Part shown: in pieces, positions 1 through 12,000 of the stretch
Layout of the letters: the number at the start of each line of letters is the position of its first letter
Position numbering within the stretch: position 1 is the first letter of the stretch
Assembly (NCBI GenBank): GCA_043228905.1
Contig: JBHGNT010000042.1
Coordinates: forward strand, 157,959-221,958
Source of the DNA: Azolla caroliniana
Lineage: Eukaryota > Plantae > Polypodiophyta
Direction: 5' to 3'
DNA length: 64,000 nucleotides
The notes under the pieces: generated by a model
What the model was told of the DNA's origin: nothing
The model's input: the letters and a program-made list of their open reading frames with translations, nothing else
Database searches by the model: none
Position numbers and translations under genes: made by a program

Positions 1-1290
1 TGAGGCGGGAGTTGACAAGACTAAGTAGGTAAATTAAAATGTTCATACCTGGCTCGTGTGATATCCGATTTCTGTGTTTTAAAATGCGAATCGAAGCTAA
101 CAACGCTAGCTCTGATATGGAATTAAAAAATCAAGATTTTGAAACTCACCTTGAGAGAGATGAAGAAATTAGCAAATTTGAGGAGGTAGTGGAGAAGGGC
201 GCGTTAGTAAATTAAAATGTTCATACCTGGCTCGTGTGATATCGGATTTTTATGTTTAAGCATGCGAATCGAAGCTAATAACGCTATCTCTGATTTGAAA
301 TTAAAAAATCAAGATTTTGAAACTCAGGTCGAGAGACATGAAGAAATTAGCAAATTTGAGGAGCGAGTTTAGAAGAGCGCGTTAGTAAATTAAAATGTTC
401 ATACCTGGCTTCTGTGACATTGGATTTCTGTGTTCAAACATGTGAATCGAAGTTAACAACGCTTGCTATAATATGGAGTAAAAAAATCAAGATTTTAAAA
501 CTCAGGTCGAGAGACATGAATAAATTAGCAAATTTGAGGAGGGAGTTGACAAGAGCAACTAGGTAAATTAAAATCTTCATACCTGGCTCCTGTGATATCG
601 GATTTATGTGTTCAAACATGCGAATCGAAGCTAATAACACTATCTCTTATATGGAATTAAAAAATCAAGAATTTGAAACTCATCTCGAAAGACATGAAGA
701 AATTAGCAAATTTGAGGAGGTAGTGGAGAAGATCGCGTTAGTAAATGAAAATGTTCATACCTGGCTCGTGTGATATCGGATTTTTGTGTTCAAACATACG
801 AATCGAAGCTAACAACGCTAGCTCTAATACGGAATTAAAAAATCATGATTTTGAAACTCAGGTCGAGAGACATGAAGAAATTAGCAAATATGAGGCGGGA
901 GTTGACAAGACTAAGTAGGTAAATTAAAATGTTCATACCTGGCTCGTGTGATATCCGATTTCTGTGTTTTAAAATGCGAATCGAAGCTAACAACGCTAGC
1001 TCTGATATGGAATTAAAAAATCAAGATTTTGAAACTCACCTTGAGAGAGATGAAGAAATTAGCAAATTTGAGGAGGTAGTGGAGAAGAGCGCGTTAGTAA
1101 ATTAAAATGTTCATACCTGGCTCGTGTGATATCGGATTTTTATGTTTAAGCATGCGAATCGAAGCTAATAACGCTATCTCTGATTTGAAATTAAAAATTC
1201 AAGATTTTGAAACTCAGGTCGAGAGACGTGAAGAAATTAGCAAATTTGAGGAGCGAGTTTAGAAGAGCGCGTTAGTAAATTAAAATGTTC
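1..1290 (+). repeat. 5-monomer HOR (890 bp), ~1.4 copies visible
   Basis: 'tgaggcgggagttgacaagactaagtagg' at 1 and 891; 'caccttgagagagat' and 'tttaagcatgc' also repeat at +890. Confidence 0.85.
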
Positions 1291-1559
1291 ATACCTGGCT
1301 CGTGTGATATCGGATTTCTGTGTTTAAACATGCGAATCGAAGCTAATAACGCTATCTCTGATTTGAAATTAAAAAATCAAGATTTTGAAACTCAGGTCGA
1401 GAGACATGAAGAAATTAGCAAATTTGAGGAGGTAGTGGAGAAGATCGCGTTAGTAAATTAAAATGTTCATACGTGGCTCGTGTGATATCCGATTTCTGTG
1501 TTTTAAAATGCGAATCGAAGCTAACAACGCTAGCTCTGATATGGAATTAAAAAATCAAG

Positions 1560-3790
1560 ATTTTGAAACTCAGGTCGAGAGACATGAAGAAATTAGCAAA
1601 TTTGAGGAGGTAGTGGAGAAGATCGCGCTAGTAAATTAAAATGTTCATACCTGGCTTGTGTGATATTGGATTTCTGTGTTTAAAAATGTGAATCGAAGCT
1701 AACACCGCGAGCTCTAATATGGAATTAAGAAATCAAGATTTTGAAACTCAGGTCGAGAGACATGAAGAAATTAGCAAATTTGAGGAGGGAGTTTAGAAGA
1801 GCGCGTTAGTAAATTAAAATGTTCATACCTAGCTTCTGTGACATTGGATTTCTGTTTTCAAACATGCGAATCGAAGTTAACAACGCTTGCTATAATATGG
1901 AGTAAAAAAATCAAGATTTTGAAACTCAGGTCGAGAGACATGAATAAATTAGCAAATTTGAGGCGGGAGTGGACAAGAGCAACGAGGTAAATTAAAATGT
2001 TCATACCTGGCTCCTGTGATATCGGATTTCTGTGTTCAAACCTGCGAATCGAAGCTAATAACGCTAGCTCTGATATGGAATTAAAAAATCAAGATTTTGA
2101 AACTCACCTCGAGAGAGATGAAGAAATTAGCAAATTTGAGGAGGTAGTGGAGAAGAGCGCGTTAGTAAATTAAAATGTTCATACCTGGCTCGTGTGATAT
2201 CAGATTTCTGTGTTTAAAAATGCGAATCGAAGCTAACAACGTTAGCTCTAATATGGAATTAAAAAATCAAGATTTTGAAACTCACCTCGAGAGAGATGAA
2301 GAAATTGCAAATTTGAGGAGGTAGTGGAGAAGATCGCGTTAGTAAATTAAAATGTTCATACCTGGCTCGTGTGATATCAGATTTCTGTGTTTAAACATGC
2401 GAATCGAAGCTAATAACGCTATCTCTGATTTGAAATTAAAAAATCAAGATTTTGAAACTCAGGTCGAGAGACATGAAGAAATTAGCAAATTTGAGGAGGT
2501 AGTGGAGAAGATCGCGTTAGTAAATCAAAATGTTCATACCTGGCTCGTGTGATATCGGATTTTTGTGTTCAAACATGCGAATCGAAGCTAATAATGCTAT
2601 CTCTAATATGGAATTAAAAAATCAAGATTTTGAAACTCAGGTCGAGAGACATGAAGAAATTAGCAAATTTGAGGAGGTAGTGGAGAAGATCGCGCTAGTA
2701 AATTAAAATGTTCATACCTGGCTTGTGTGATATTGGATTTCTGTGTTTAAAAATGTGAATCGAAGCTAACACCGCGAGCTCTAATATGGAATTAAGAAAT
2801 CAAGATTTTGAAACTCAGGTCGAGAGACATGAAGAAATTAGCAAATTTGAGGAGGGAGTTTAGAAGAGCGCGTTAGTAAATTAAAATGTTCATACCTAGC
2901 TTCTGTGACATTGGATTTCTGTGTTCAAACATGCGAATCGAAGCTAACAACGCTTGCTATAATATGGAGTAAAAAAATCAAGATTTTGAAACTCAGGTCG
3001 AGAGACATGAATAAATTAGCAAATTTGAGGCGGGAGTGGACAAGAGCAACTAGGTAAATTAAAATGTTCATACCTGGCTCCTGTGATATCGGATTTCTGT
3101 GTTCAAACCTGCGAATCGAAGCTAATAACGCTAGCTCTGATATGGAATTAAAAAATCAAGATTTTGAAACTCACCTCGAGAGAGATGAAGAAATTAGCAA
3201 ATTTGAGGAGGTAGTGGAGAAGAGCGCGTTAGTAAATTAAAATGTTCATACCTGGCTCGTGTGATATCAGATTTCTGTGTTTAAAAATGCGAATCGAAGC
3301 TAACAACGTTAGCTCTGATATGGAATTAAAAAATCAAGATTTTGAAACTCACCTCGAGAGAGATGAAGAAATTAGCAAATTTGAGGAGGTAGTGGAGAAG
3401 ATCGCGTTAGTAAATTAAAATGTTCATACCTGGCTCGTGTGATATCGGATTTCTGTGTTTAAACATGCGAATCGAAGCTAATAACGCTATCTCTGATTTG
3501 AAATTAAAAAATCAAGATTTTGAAACTCAGGTCGAGAGACATGAAGAAATTAGCAAATTTGAGGAGGTAGTGGAGAAGATCGCGTTAGTAAATCAAAATG
3601 TTCATACCTGGCTCGTGTGATATCGGATTTTTGTGTTCAAACATGCGAATCGAAGCTAATAATGCTATCTCTAATATGGAATTAAAAAATCAAGATTTTG
3701 AAACTCAGGTCGAGAGACATGAACAAATTAGCAAATTTGAGGAGGTAGTGGAGAAGATCGCGCTAGTAAATTAAAATGTTCATACCTGGC
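1560..3790 (+). repeat. 6-monomer HOR (1068 bp), ~2 copies
   Basis: Marker 'gatcgcgcta' at 1621, 2688 and 3756. The first interval is 1067 because of a 1-bp deletion ('gaaattgcaa') near 2306. ORFs at 2352 and 3420 are 1068 apart. Confidence 0.85.
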
Positions 3791-3959
3791 TCGTGTGATA
3801 TCGGACTTCTGTGTTTAAACATGCGAATCGAAGCTAATAACGCTATCTCTGATTTGAAATTAAAAAATCAAGATTTTGAAACTCAGGTCCAGAGACATGA
3901 AGAAATTAGCAAATTTGAGGAGGTAGTGGAGAAGAGCGGGTTAGTAAATTAAAATGTTC

Positions 3960-6900
3960 ATACCTGGCTTCTGTGACATTGGATTTCTGTGTTCAAACAT
4001 GCGAATCGAAGTTAACAACGCTTGCTATTATATGGAGTAAAAAAATCAAGATTTTGAAACTCAGGTCGAGAGACATGAATAAATTAGCAAATTTGAGGAG
4101 GGAGTTGACAAGAGCAACTAGGTAAATTAAAATCTTCATACCTGGCTCCTGTGATATCGGATTTATGTGTTCAAACATGCGAATCGAAGCTAATAACACT
4201 ATCTCTTATATGGAATTAAAAAATCAAGATTTTGAAACTCATCTCGAAAGACATGAAGAAATTAGCAAATTTGAGGAGGTAGTGGAGAAGATCGCGTTAG
4301 TAAATGAAAATGTTCATACCTGGCTCGTGTGATATCGGATTTTTGTGTTCAAATATACGAATCGAAGCTAACAACGCTAGCTCTAATACGGAATTAAAAA
4401 ATCATGATTTTGAAACTCAGGTCGAGAGACATGAAGAAATTAGCAAATATGAGGCGGGAGTTGACAAGACTAAGTAGGTAAATTAAAATGTTCATACGTG
4501 GCTCGTGTGATATCCGATTTCTGTGTTTTAAAATGCGAATCGAAGCTAACAACGCTAGCTCTGATATGGAATTAAAAAATCAAGATTTTGAAACTCAGGT
4601 CGAGAGACATGAAGAAATTAGCAAATTTGAGGAGGTAGTGGAGAAGAGCGCGTTAGTAAATTAAAATGTTCATACCTGGCTCGTGTGATATCGGATTTTT
4701 ATGTTTAAGCATGCGAATCGAAGCTAATAACGCTATCTCTGATTTGAAATTAAAAAATCAAGATTTTGAAACTCAGGTCGAGAGACATGAAGAAATTAGC
4801 AAATTTGAGGAGCGAGTTTAGAAGAGCGCGTTAGTAAATTAAAATGTTCATACCTGGCTTCTGTGACATTGGATTTCTGTGTTCAAACATGCGAATCGAA
4901 GTTAACAACGCTTGCTATAATATGGAGTAAAAAAATCAAGATTTTGAAACTCAGGTCGAGAGACATGAATAAATTAGCAAATTTGAGGAGGGAGTTGACA
5001 AGAGCAACTAGGTAAATTAAAATGTTCATACCTGGCTCCTGTGATATCGGATTTATGTGTTCAAACATGCGAATCGAAGCTAATAACACTATCTCTTATA
5101 TGGAGTTAAAAAATCAAGAATTTGAAACTCATCTCGAAAGACATGAAGAAATTAGCAAATTTGAGGAGGTAGTGGAGAAGATCGCGTTAGTAAATGAAAA
5201 TGTTCATACCTGGCTCGTGTGATATCGGATTTTTGTGTTCAAACATACGAATCGAAGCTAACAACGCTAGCTCTAATACGGAATTAAAAAATCATGATTT
5301 TGAAACTCAGGTCGAGAGACATGAAGAAATTAGCAAATATGAGGCGGGAGTTGACAAGACTAAGTAGGTAAATTAAAATGTTCATACCTGGCTCGTGTGA
5401 TATCCGATTTCTATGTTTTAAAATGCGAATCGAAGCTAACAACGCTAGCTCTGATATGGAATTAAAAAATCAAGATTTTGAAACTCACCTTGAGAGAGAT
5501 GAAGAAATTAGCAAATTTGAGGAGGTAGTGGAGAAGAGCGCGTTAGTAAATTAAAATGTTCATACCTGGCTCGTGTGATATCGGATTTTTATGTTTAAGC
5601 ATGCGAATCGAAGCTAATAACGCTATCTCTGATTTGAAATTAAAAAATCAAGATTTTGAAACTCAGGTCGAGAGACATGAAGAAATTAGCAAATTTGAGG
5701 AGAGAGTTTAGAAGAGCGCGTTAGTAAATTAAAATGTTCATACCTGGCTTCTGTGACATTGGATTTCTATGTTCAAACATGCGAATCGAAGTTAACAACG
5801 CTTGCTATAATATGGACTAAAAAAATCAAGATTTTGAAACTCAGGTCGAGAGACATGAATAAATTAGCAAATTTGAGGAGGGAGTTGACAAGAGCAACTA
5901 GGTAAATTAAAATCTTCATACGTGGCTCCTGTGATATCGGATTTATGTGTTCAAACATGCGAATCGAAGCTAATAACACTATCTCTTATATGGAATTAAA
6001 AAATCAAGATTTTGAAACTCATCTCGAAAGACATGAAGAAATTAGCAAATTTGAGGAGGTAGTGGAGAAGATCGCGTTAGTAAATGAAAATGTTCATACC
6101 TGGCTCGTGTGATATCGGATTTTTGTGTTCAAACATACGAATCGAAGCTAACAACGCTAGCTCTAATACGGAATTAAAAAATCATGATTTTGAAACTCAG
6201 GTCGAGAGACATGAAGAAATTAGCAAATATGAGGCGGGAGTTGACAAGACTAAGTAGGTAAATTAAAATGTTCATACCTGGCTCGTGTGATATTGGATTT
6301 CTGTGTTTAAAAATGCGAATCGAAGCTAACAACGCTAGCTCTGATATGGAATTAAAAAATCAAGATTTTGAAACTCAGGTCGAGAGACATGAAGAAATTA
6401 GCAAATTTGAGGAGGTAGTGGAGAAGAGCGCGTTAGTAAATTAAAATGTTCATACCTGGCTCGTGTGATATCGGATTTCTGTGTTTAAACATGCGAATCG
6501 AAGCTAATAACGCTATCTCTGATTTGAAATTAAAAAATCAAGATTTTGAAACTCAGGTCGAGAGACATGAAGAAATTAGCAAATTTGAGGAGCGAGTTTA
6601 GAAGAGCGCGTTAGTAAATTAAAATGTTCATACCTGGCTTCTGTGACATTGGATTTCTGTGTTCAAACATGCGAATCGAAGTTGACAACGCTTGCTATAA
6701 TATGGAGTAAAAAAATCAAGATTTTGAAACTCAGGTCGAGAGACATGAATAAATTAGCAAATTTGAGGAGGGAGTTGACAAGAGCAACTAGGTAAATTAA
6801 AATCTTCATACCTGGCTCCTGTGATATCGGATTTATGTGTTCAAACATGCGAATCGAAGCTAATAACACTATCTCTTATATGGAATTAAAAAATCAAGAT

Positions 6901-9080
6901 TTTGAAACTCATCTCGAAAGACATGAAGAAATTAGCAAATTTGAGGAGGTAGTGAAGAAGATCGCGTTAGTAAATGAAAATGTTCATACCTGGCTCGTGT
7001 GATATCGGATTTTTGTGTTCAAACATACGAATCGAAGCTAACAACGCTAGCTCTAATACGGAATTAAAAAATCATGATTTTGAAACTCAGGTCGAGAGAC
7101 ATGAAGAAATTAGCAAATATGAGGCGGGAGTTGACAAGACTAAGTAGGTAAATTAAAATGTTCATACCTGGCTCGTGTGATATCCGATTTCTGTGTTTTA
7201 AAATGCGAATCGAAGCTAACAACGCTAGCTCTGATATGGAATTAAAAAATCAAGATTTTGAAACTCACCTTGAGAGAGATGAAGAAATTAGCAAATTTGA
7301 GGAGGTAGTGGAGAAGAGCGCGTTAGTAAATTAAAATGTTCATACCTGGCTCGTGTGATATCGGATTTTTATGTTTAAGCATGCGAATCGAAGCTAATAA
7401 CGCTATCTCTGATTTGAAATTAAAAAATCAAGATTTTGAAACTCAGGTCGAGAGACATGAAGAAATTAGCAAATTTGAGGAGCGAGTTTAGAAGAGCGCG
7501 TTAGTAAATTAAAATGTTCATACCTGGCTTCTGTGACATTGGATTTCTGTGTTCAAACATGCGAATCGAAGTTAACAACGCTTGCTATAATATGGAGTAA
7601 AAAAATCAAGATTTTGAAACTCAGGTCGAGAGACATGAATAAATTAGCAAATTTGAGGAGGGAGTTGACAAGAGCAACTAGGTAAATTAAAATCTTCATA
7701 CCTGGCTCCTGTGATATCGGATTTATGTGTTCAAACATGCGAATCGAAGCTAATAACACTATCTCTTATATGGAATTAAAAAATCAAGATTTTGAAACTC
7801 ATCTCGAAAGACATGAAGAAATTAGCAAATTTGAGGAGGTAGTGAAGAAGATCGCGTTAGTAAATGAAAATGTTCATACCTGGCTCGTGTGATATCGGAT
7901 TTTTGTGTTCAAACATACGAATCGAAGCTAACAACGCTAGCTCTAATACGGAATTAAAAAATCATGATTTTGAAACTCAGGTCGAGAGACATGAAGAAAT
8001 TAGCAAATATGAGGCGGGAGTTGACAAGACTAAGTAGGTAAATTAAAATGTTCATACCTGGCTCGTGTGATATCCGATTTCTGTGTTTTAAAATGCGAAT
8101 CGAAGCTAACAACGCTAGCTCTGATATGGAATTAAAAAATCAAGATTTTGAAACTCACCTTGAGAGAGATGAAGAAATTAGCAAATTTGAGGAGGTAGTG
8201 GAGAAGAGCGCGTTAGTAAATTAAAATGTTCATACCTGGCTCGTGTGATATCGGATTTTTATGTTTAAGCATGCGAATCGAAGCTAATAACGCTATCTCT
8301 GATTTGAAATTAAAAATTCAAGATTTTGAAACTCAGGTCGAGAGACATGAAGAAATTAGCAAATATGAGGAGGTAGTGGAGAAGAGCGCGTTAGTAAATT
8401 AAAATGTTCATACCTGGCTCGTGTGATATCGGATTTCTGTGTTTAAACATGCGAATCGAAGCTAATAACGCTATCTCTGTGACATTGGATTTCTGTGTTC
8501 AAACATGCGAATCGAAGTTAACAACGCTTGCTATAATATGGACTAAAAAAATCAAGATTTTGAAACTCAGGTCGAGAGACATGAATAAATTAGCAAATTT
8601 GAGGAGGGAGTTGACAAGAGCAACTAGGTAAATTAAAATCTTCATACCTGGCTCCTGTAATATCGGATTTATGTGTTCAAACATGCGAATCGAAGCTAAT
8701 AACACTATCTCTTATATGGAATTAAAAAATCAAGATTTTGAAACTCATCTCGAAAGACATGAAGAAATTAGCAAATTTGAGGAGGTAGTGGAGAAGATCG
8801 CGTTTGTAAATGAAAATGTTCATACCTGGCTCGTGTGATATCGGATTTTTGTGTTCAAACATACGAATCGAAGCTAACAACGCTAGCTCTAATACGGAAT
8901 TAAAAAATCATGATTTTGAAACTCAGGTCGAGAGACATGAAGAAATTAGCAAATATGAGGCGGGAGTTGACAAGACTAAGTAGGTAAATTAAAATGTTCA
9001 TACCTGGCTCGTGTGATATCCGATTTCTGTGTTTTAAAATGCGAATCGAAGCTAACAACGCTAGCTCTAATATGAAATTA
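3960..9080 (+). repeat. 5-monomer HOR (890 bp), ~5.5 copies
   Basis: Equivalent ORFs at 3993, 4883, 5773, 6663 and 7553 (890 spacing). Markers are 'aatcttcata', 'taaatgaaaa', 'tacga', 'aatcatgatt' and 'gactaagtagg'. The last interval (7553 to 8499) is 946 bp because of an extra truncated 56-bp monomer. Confidence 0.92.
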
Positions 9081-9084
9081 AAAA

Positions 9085-12000
9085 ATCAAGATTTTGAAAC
9101 TCAGGTCGAGAGACATGAAGAAATTAGCAAATTTGAGGGGAGAGTTTAGAAGAGCGCGTTAGTAAATTAAAATGTTCATACCTGGCTTCTGTTATATTGG
9201 ATTTCTGTGTTCAAACATGCGAATCGAAATTAACATCGGTTATTTTAATATGGAATAAAAAAATCAAGATTTTGAAACTCAGGTCGAGAGACCTGAATAA
9301 ATTAGCAAATTTGAGGCGGGAGTTGACAAGAGCAACTAGGGAAATTAAAATGTTCATAACTGGCTCCTGTGATATCGGATTTCTGTGTTCAAACATGCGA
9401 ATCGAAGCTAATAACGCCATCTCTAATATGAAAATAAAAAATCAAGATTTTGAAACTCATCTCGAAAGACATGAAAAAATTAGCAAATTTGAGGAGGTAG
9501 TGGAGAAGATCGCGTTAGTAAATCAAAATGTTCATACCTGGCTCGTGTGATATCGGATTTTTGTGTTCAAACATGCGAATCGAAGCTAATAATGCTATCT
9601 CTAATATGGAATTAAAAAATCAAGATTTGGAAACTCAGGTCGAGAGACATGAAGAAATTAGCAAATTTGAGGAGGTAGTGGAGAAGATCGCGCTAGTAAA
9701 TTAAAATGTTCATACCTGGCTTGTGTGATATTGGATTTCTGTGTTTAAAAATGTGAATCGAAGCTAACACCGCGAGCTCTAATATGGAATTAAGAAATCA
9801 AGATTTTGAAACTCAGGTCGAGAGACATGAAGAAATTAGCAAATTTGAGGAGGGAGTTTAGAAGAGCGCGTTAGTAAATTAAAATGTTCATACCTAGCTT
9901 CTGTGACATTGGATTTCTGTGTTCAAACATGCGAATCGAAGTTAACAACGCTTGCTATAATATGGAGTAAAAAAATCAAGATTTTGAAACTCAGGTCGAG
10001 AGACATGAATAAATTAGCAAATTTGAGGCGGGAGTGGACAAGAGCAACTAGGTAAATTAAAATGTTCATACCTGGCTCCTGTGATATCGGATTTATGTGT
10101 TCAAACATGCGAATCGAAGCTAATAACACTATCTCTAATATGGAATTAAAAAATCAAGATTTTGAAACTTAGGTCGAAAGACATGAAGAAATTAGCAAAT
10201 TTGAGGAGGTAGTGGAGAAGATCGCGTTAGTAAATTAAAATGTTCATACCTGGCTCGTGTGATCTCGGATTTTTGTGTTCAAACATGCGAATCGAAGCTA
10301 ATAACGCTATCTCTGATATGAAAATAAAAAATCAAGATTTTGAAACTCAGGTCGAGAGACATGAAGAAATTAGCAAATTTGAGGAGGGAGTTTAGAAGAG
10401 CGCGTTAGTAAATTAAAATGTTCATACCTGGCTTCTGTGACATTGGATTTCTGTGTTCAAACATGCGAATCGAAGTTAACAACGCTTGCTATAATATGGA
10501 GTAAAAAAATCAAGATTTTGAAACTCAGGTCGAGAGACATGAATAAATTAGCAAATTTGAGGCGGGAGTGGACAAGAGCAACCAGGTAAATTAAAATGTT
10601 CATACCTGGCTCCTGTGATATCGGATTTCTGTGTTCAAACCTGCGAATCGAAGCTAATAACGCTAGCTCTGATATAGAATTAAAAAATCAAGATTTTGAA
10701 ACTCACCTCGAGAGAGATGAAGAAATTAGCAAATTTGAGGAGGTAGTGGAGAAGAGCGCGTTAGTAAATTAAAATGTTCATACCTGGCTCGTGTGATATC
10801 GGATTTCTGTGTTTAAAAATGCGAATCGAAGCTAACAACGCTAGCTCTGATATGGAATTAAAAAATCAAGATTTTGAGACTCACGTCGAGAGACATGAAG
10901 AAATTAGCAAATATGAGGCGGGAGTTGACAAGACCAAGTAGGTAAATTAAAATGTTCATACCTGGCTCGTGTGATATCGGATTTTTATGTTTAAGCATGC
11001 GAATCGAAGCTAATAACGCTAGCTCTGATATGGAATTAAAAAATAAAGATTTTGAAACTCACCTTGAGAGAGATGAAGAAATTAGCAAATTTGAGGAGGG
11101 AGTTTAGAAGAGCCCGTTAGTAAATTAAAATGTTCAGACCTGGCTTCTGTGACATTAGATTTCTGTGTTCAAATATGCGAATCGAAGTTCACAACGCTTG
11201 CTATAATATGGAATAAAAAGATCAAGATTTTGAAACTCAGGTCGAGAGACATGAAGAAATTAGCAAATTTGAGGGGAGAGTTTAGAAGAGCGCGTTAGTA
11301 AATTAAAATGTTCATACCTGGCTTCTGTTATATTGGATTTCTGTGTTCAAACATGCGAATCGAAATTAACATCGGTTATTTTAATATGGAATAAAAAAAT
11401 CAAGATTTTGAAACTCAGGTCGAGAGACCTGAATAAATTAGCAAATTTGAGGCGGGAGTTGACAAGAGCAACTAGGGAAATTAAAATGTTCATAACTGGC
11501 TCCTGTGATATCGGATTTCTGTGTTCAAACATGCGAATCGAAGCTAATAACGCCATCTCTAATATGAAAATAAAAAATCAAGATTTTGAAACTCATCTCG
11601 AAAGACATGAAAAAATTAGCAAATTTGAGGAGGTAGTGGAGAAGATCGCGTTAGTAAATCAAAATGTTCATACCTGGCTCGTGTGATATCGGATTTTTGT
11701 GTTCAAACATGCGAATCGAAGCTAATAATGCTATCTCTAATATGGAATTAAAAAATCAAGATTTGGAAACTCAGGTCGAGAGACATGAAGAAATTAGCAA
11801 ATTTGAGGAGGTAGTGGAGAAGATCGCGCTAGTAAATTAAAATGTTCATACCTGGCTTGTGTGATATTGGATTTCTGTGTTTAAAAATGTGAATCGAAGC
11901 TAACACCGCGAGCTCTAATATGGAATTAAGAAATCAAGATTTTGAAACTCAGGTCGAGAGACATGAAGAAATTAGCAAATTTGAGGAGGGAGTTTAGAAG

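Noticed and set aside
465-552. TATAAT and TTGACA hexamers resembling a bacterial sigma70 promoter
   Set aside because: They are in the wrong order and spacing (TATAAT ~80 bp upstream of TTGACA) and lie inside a eukaryotic satellite, so they are chance matches.
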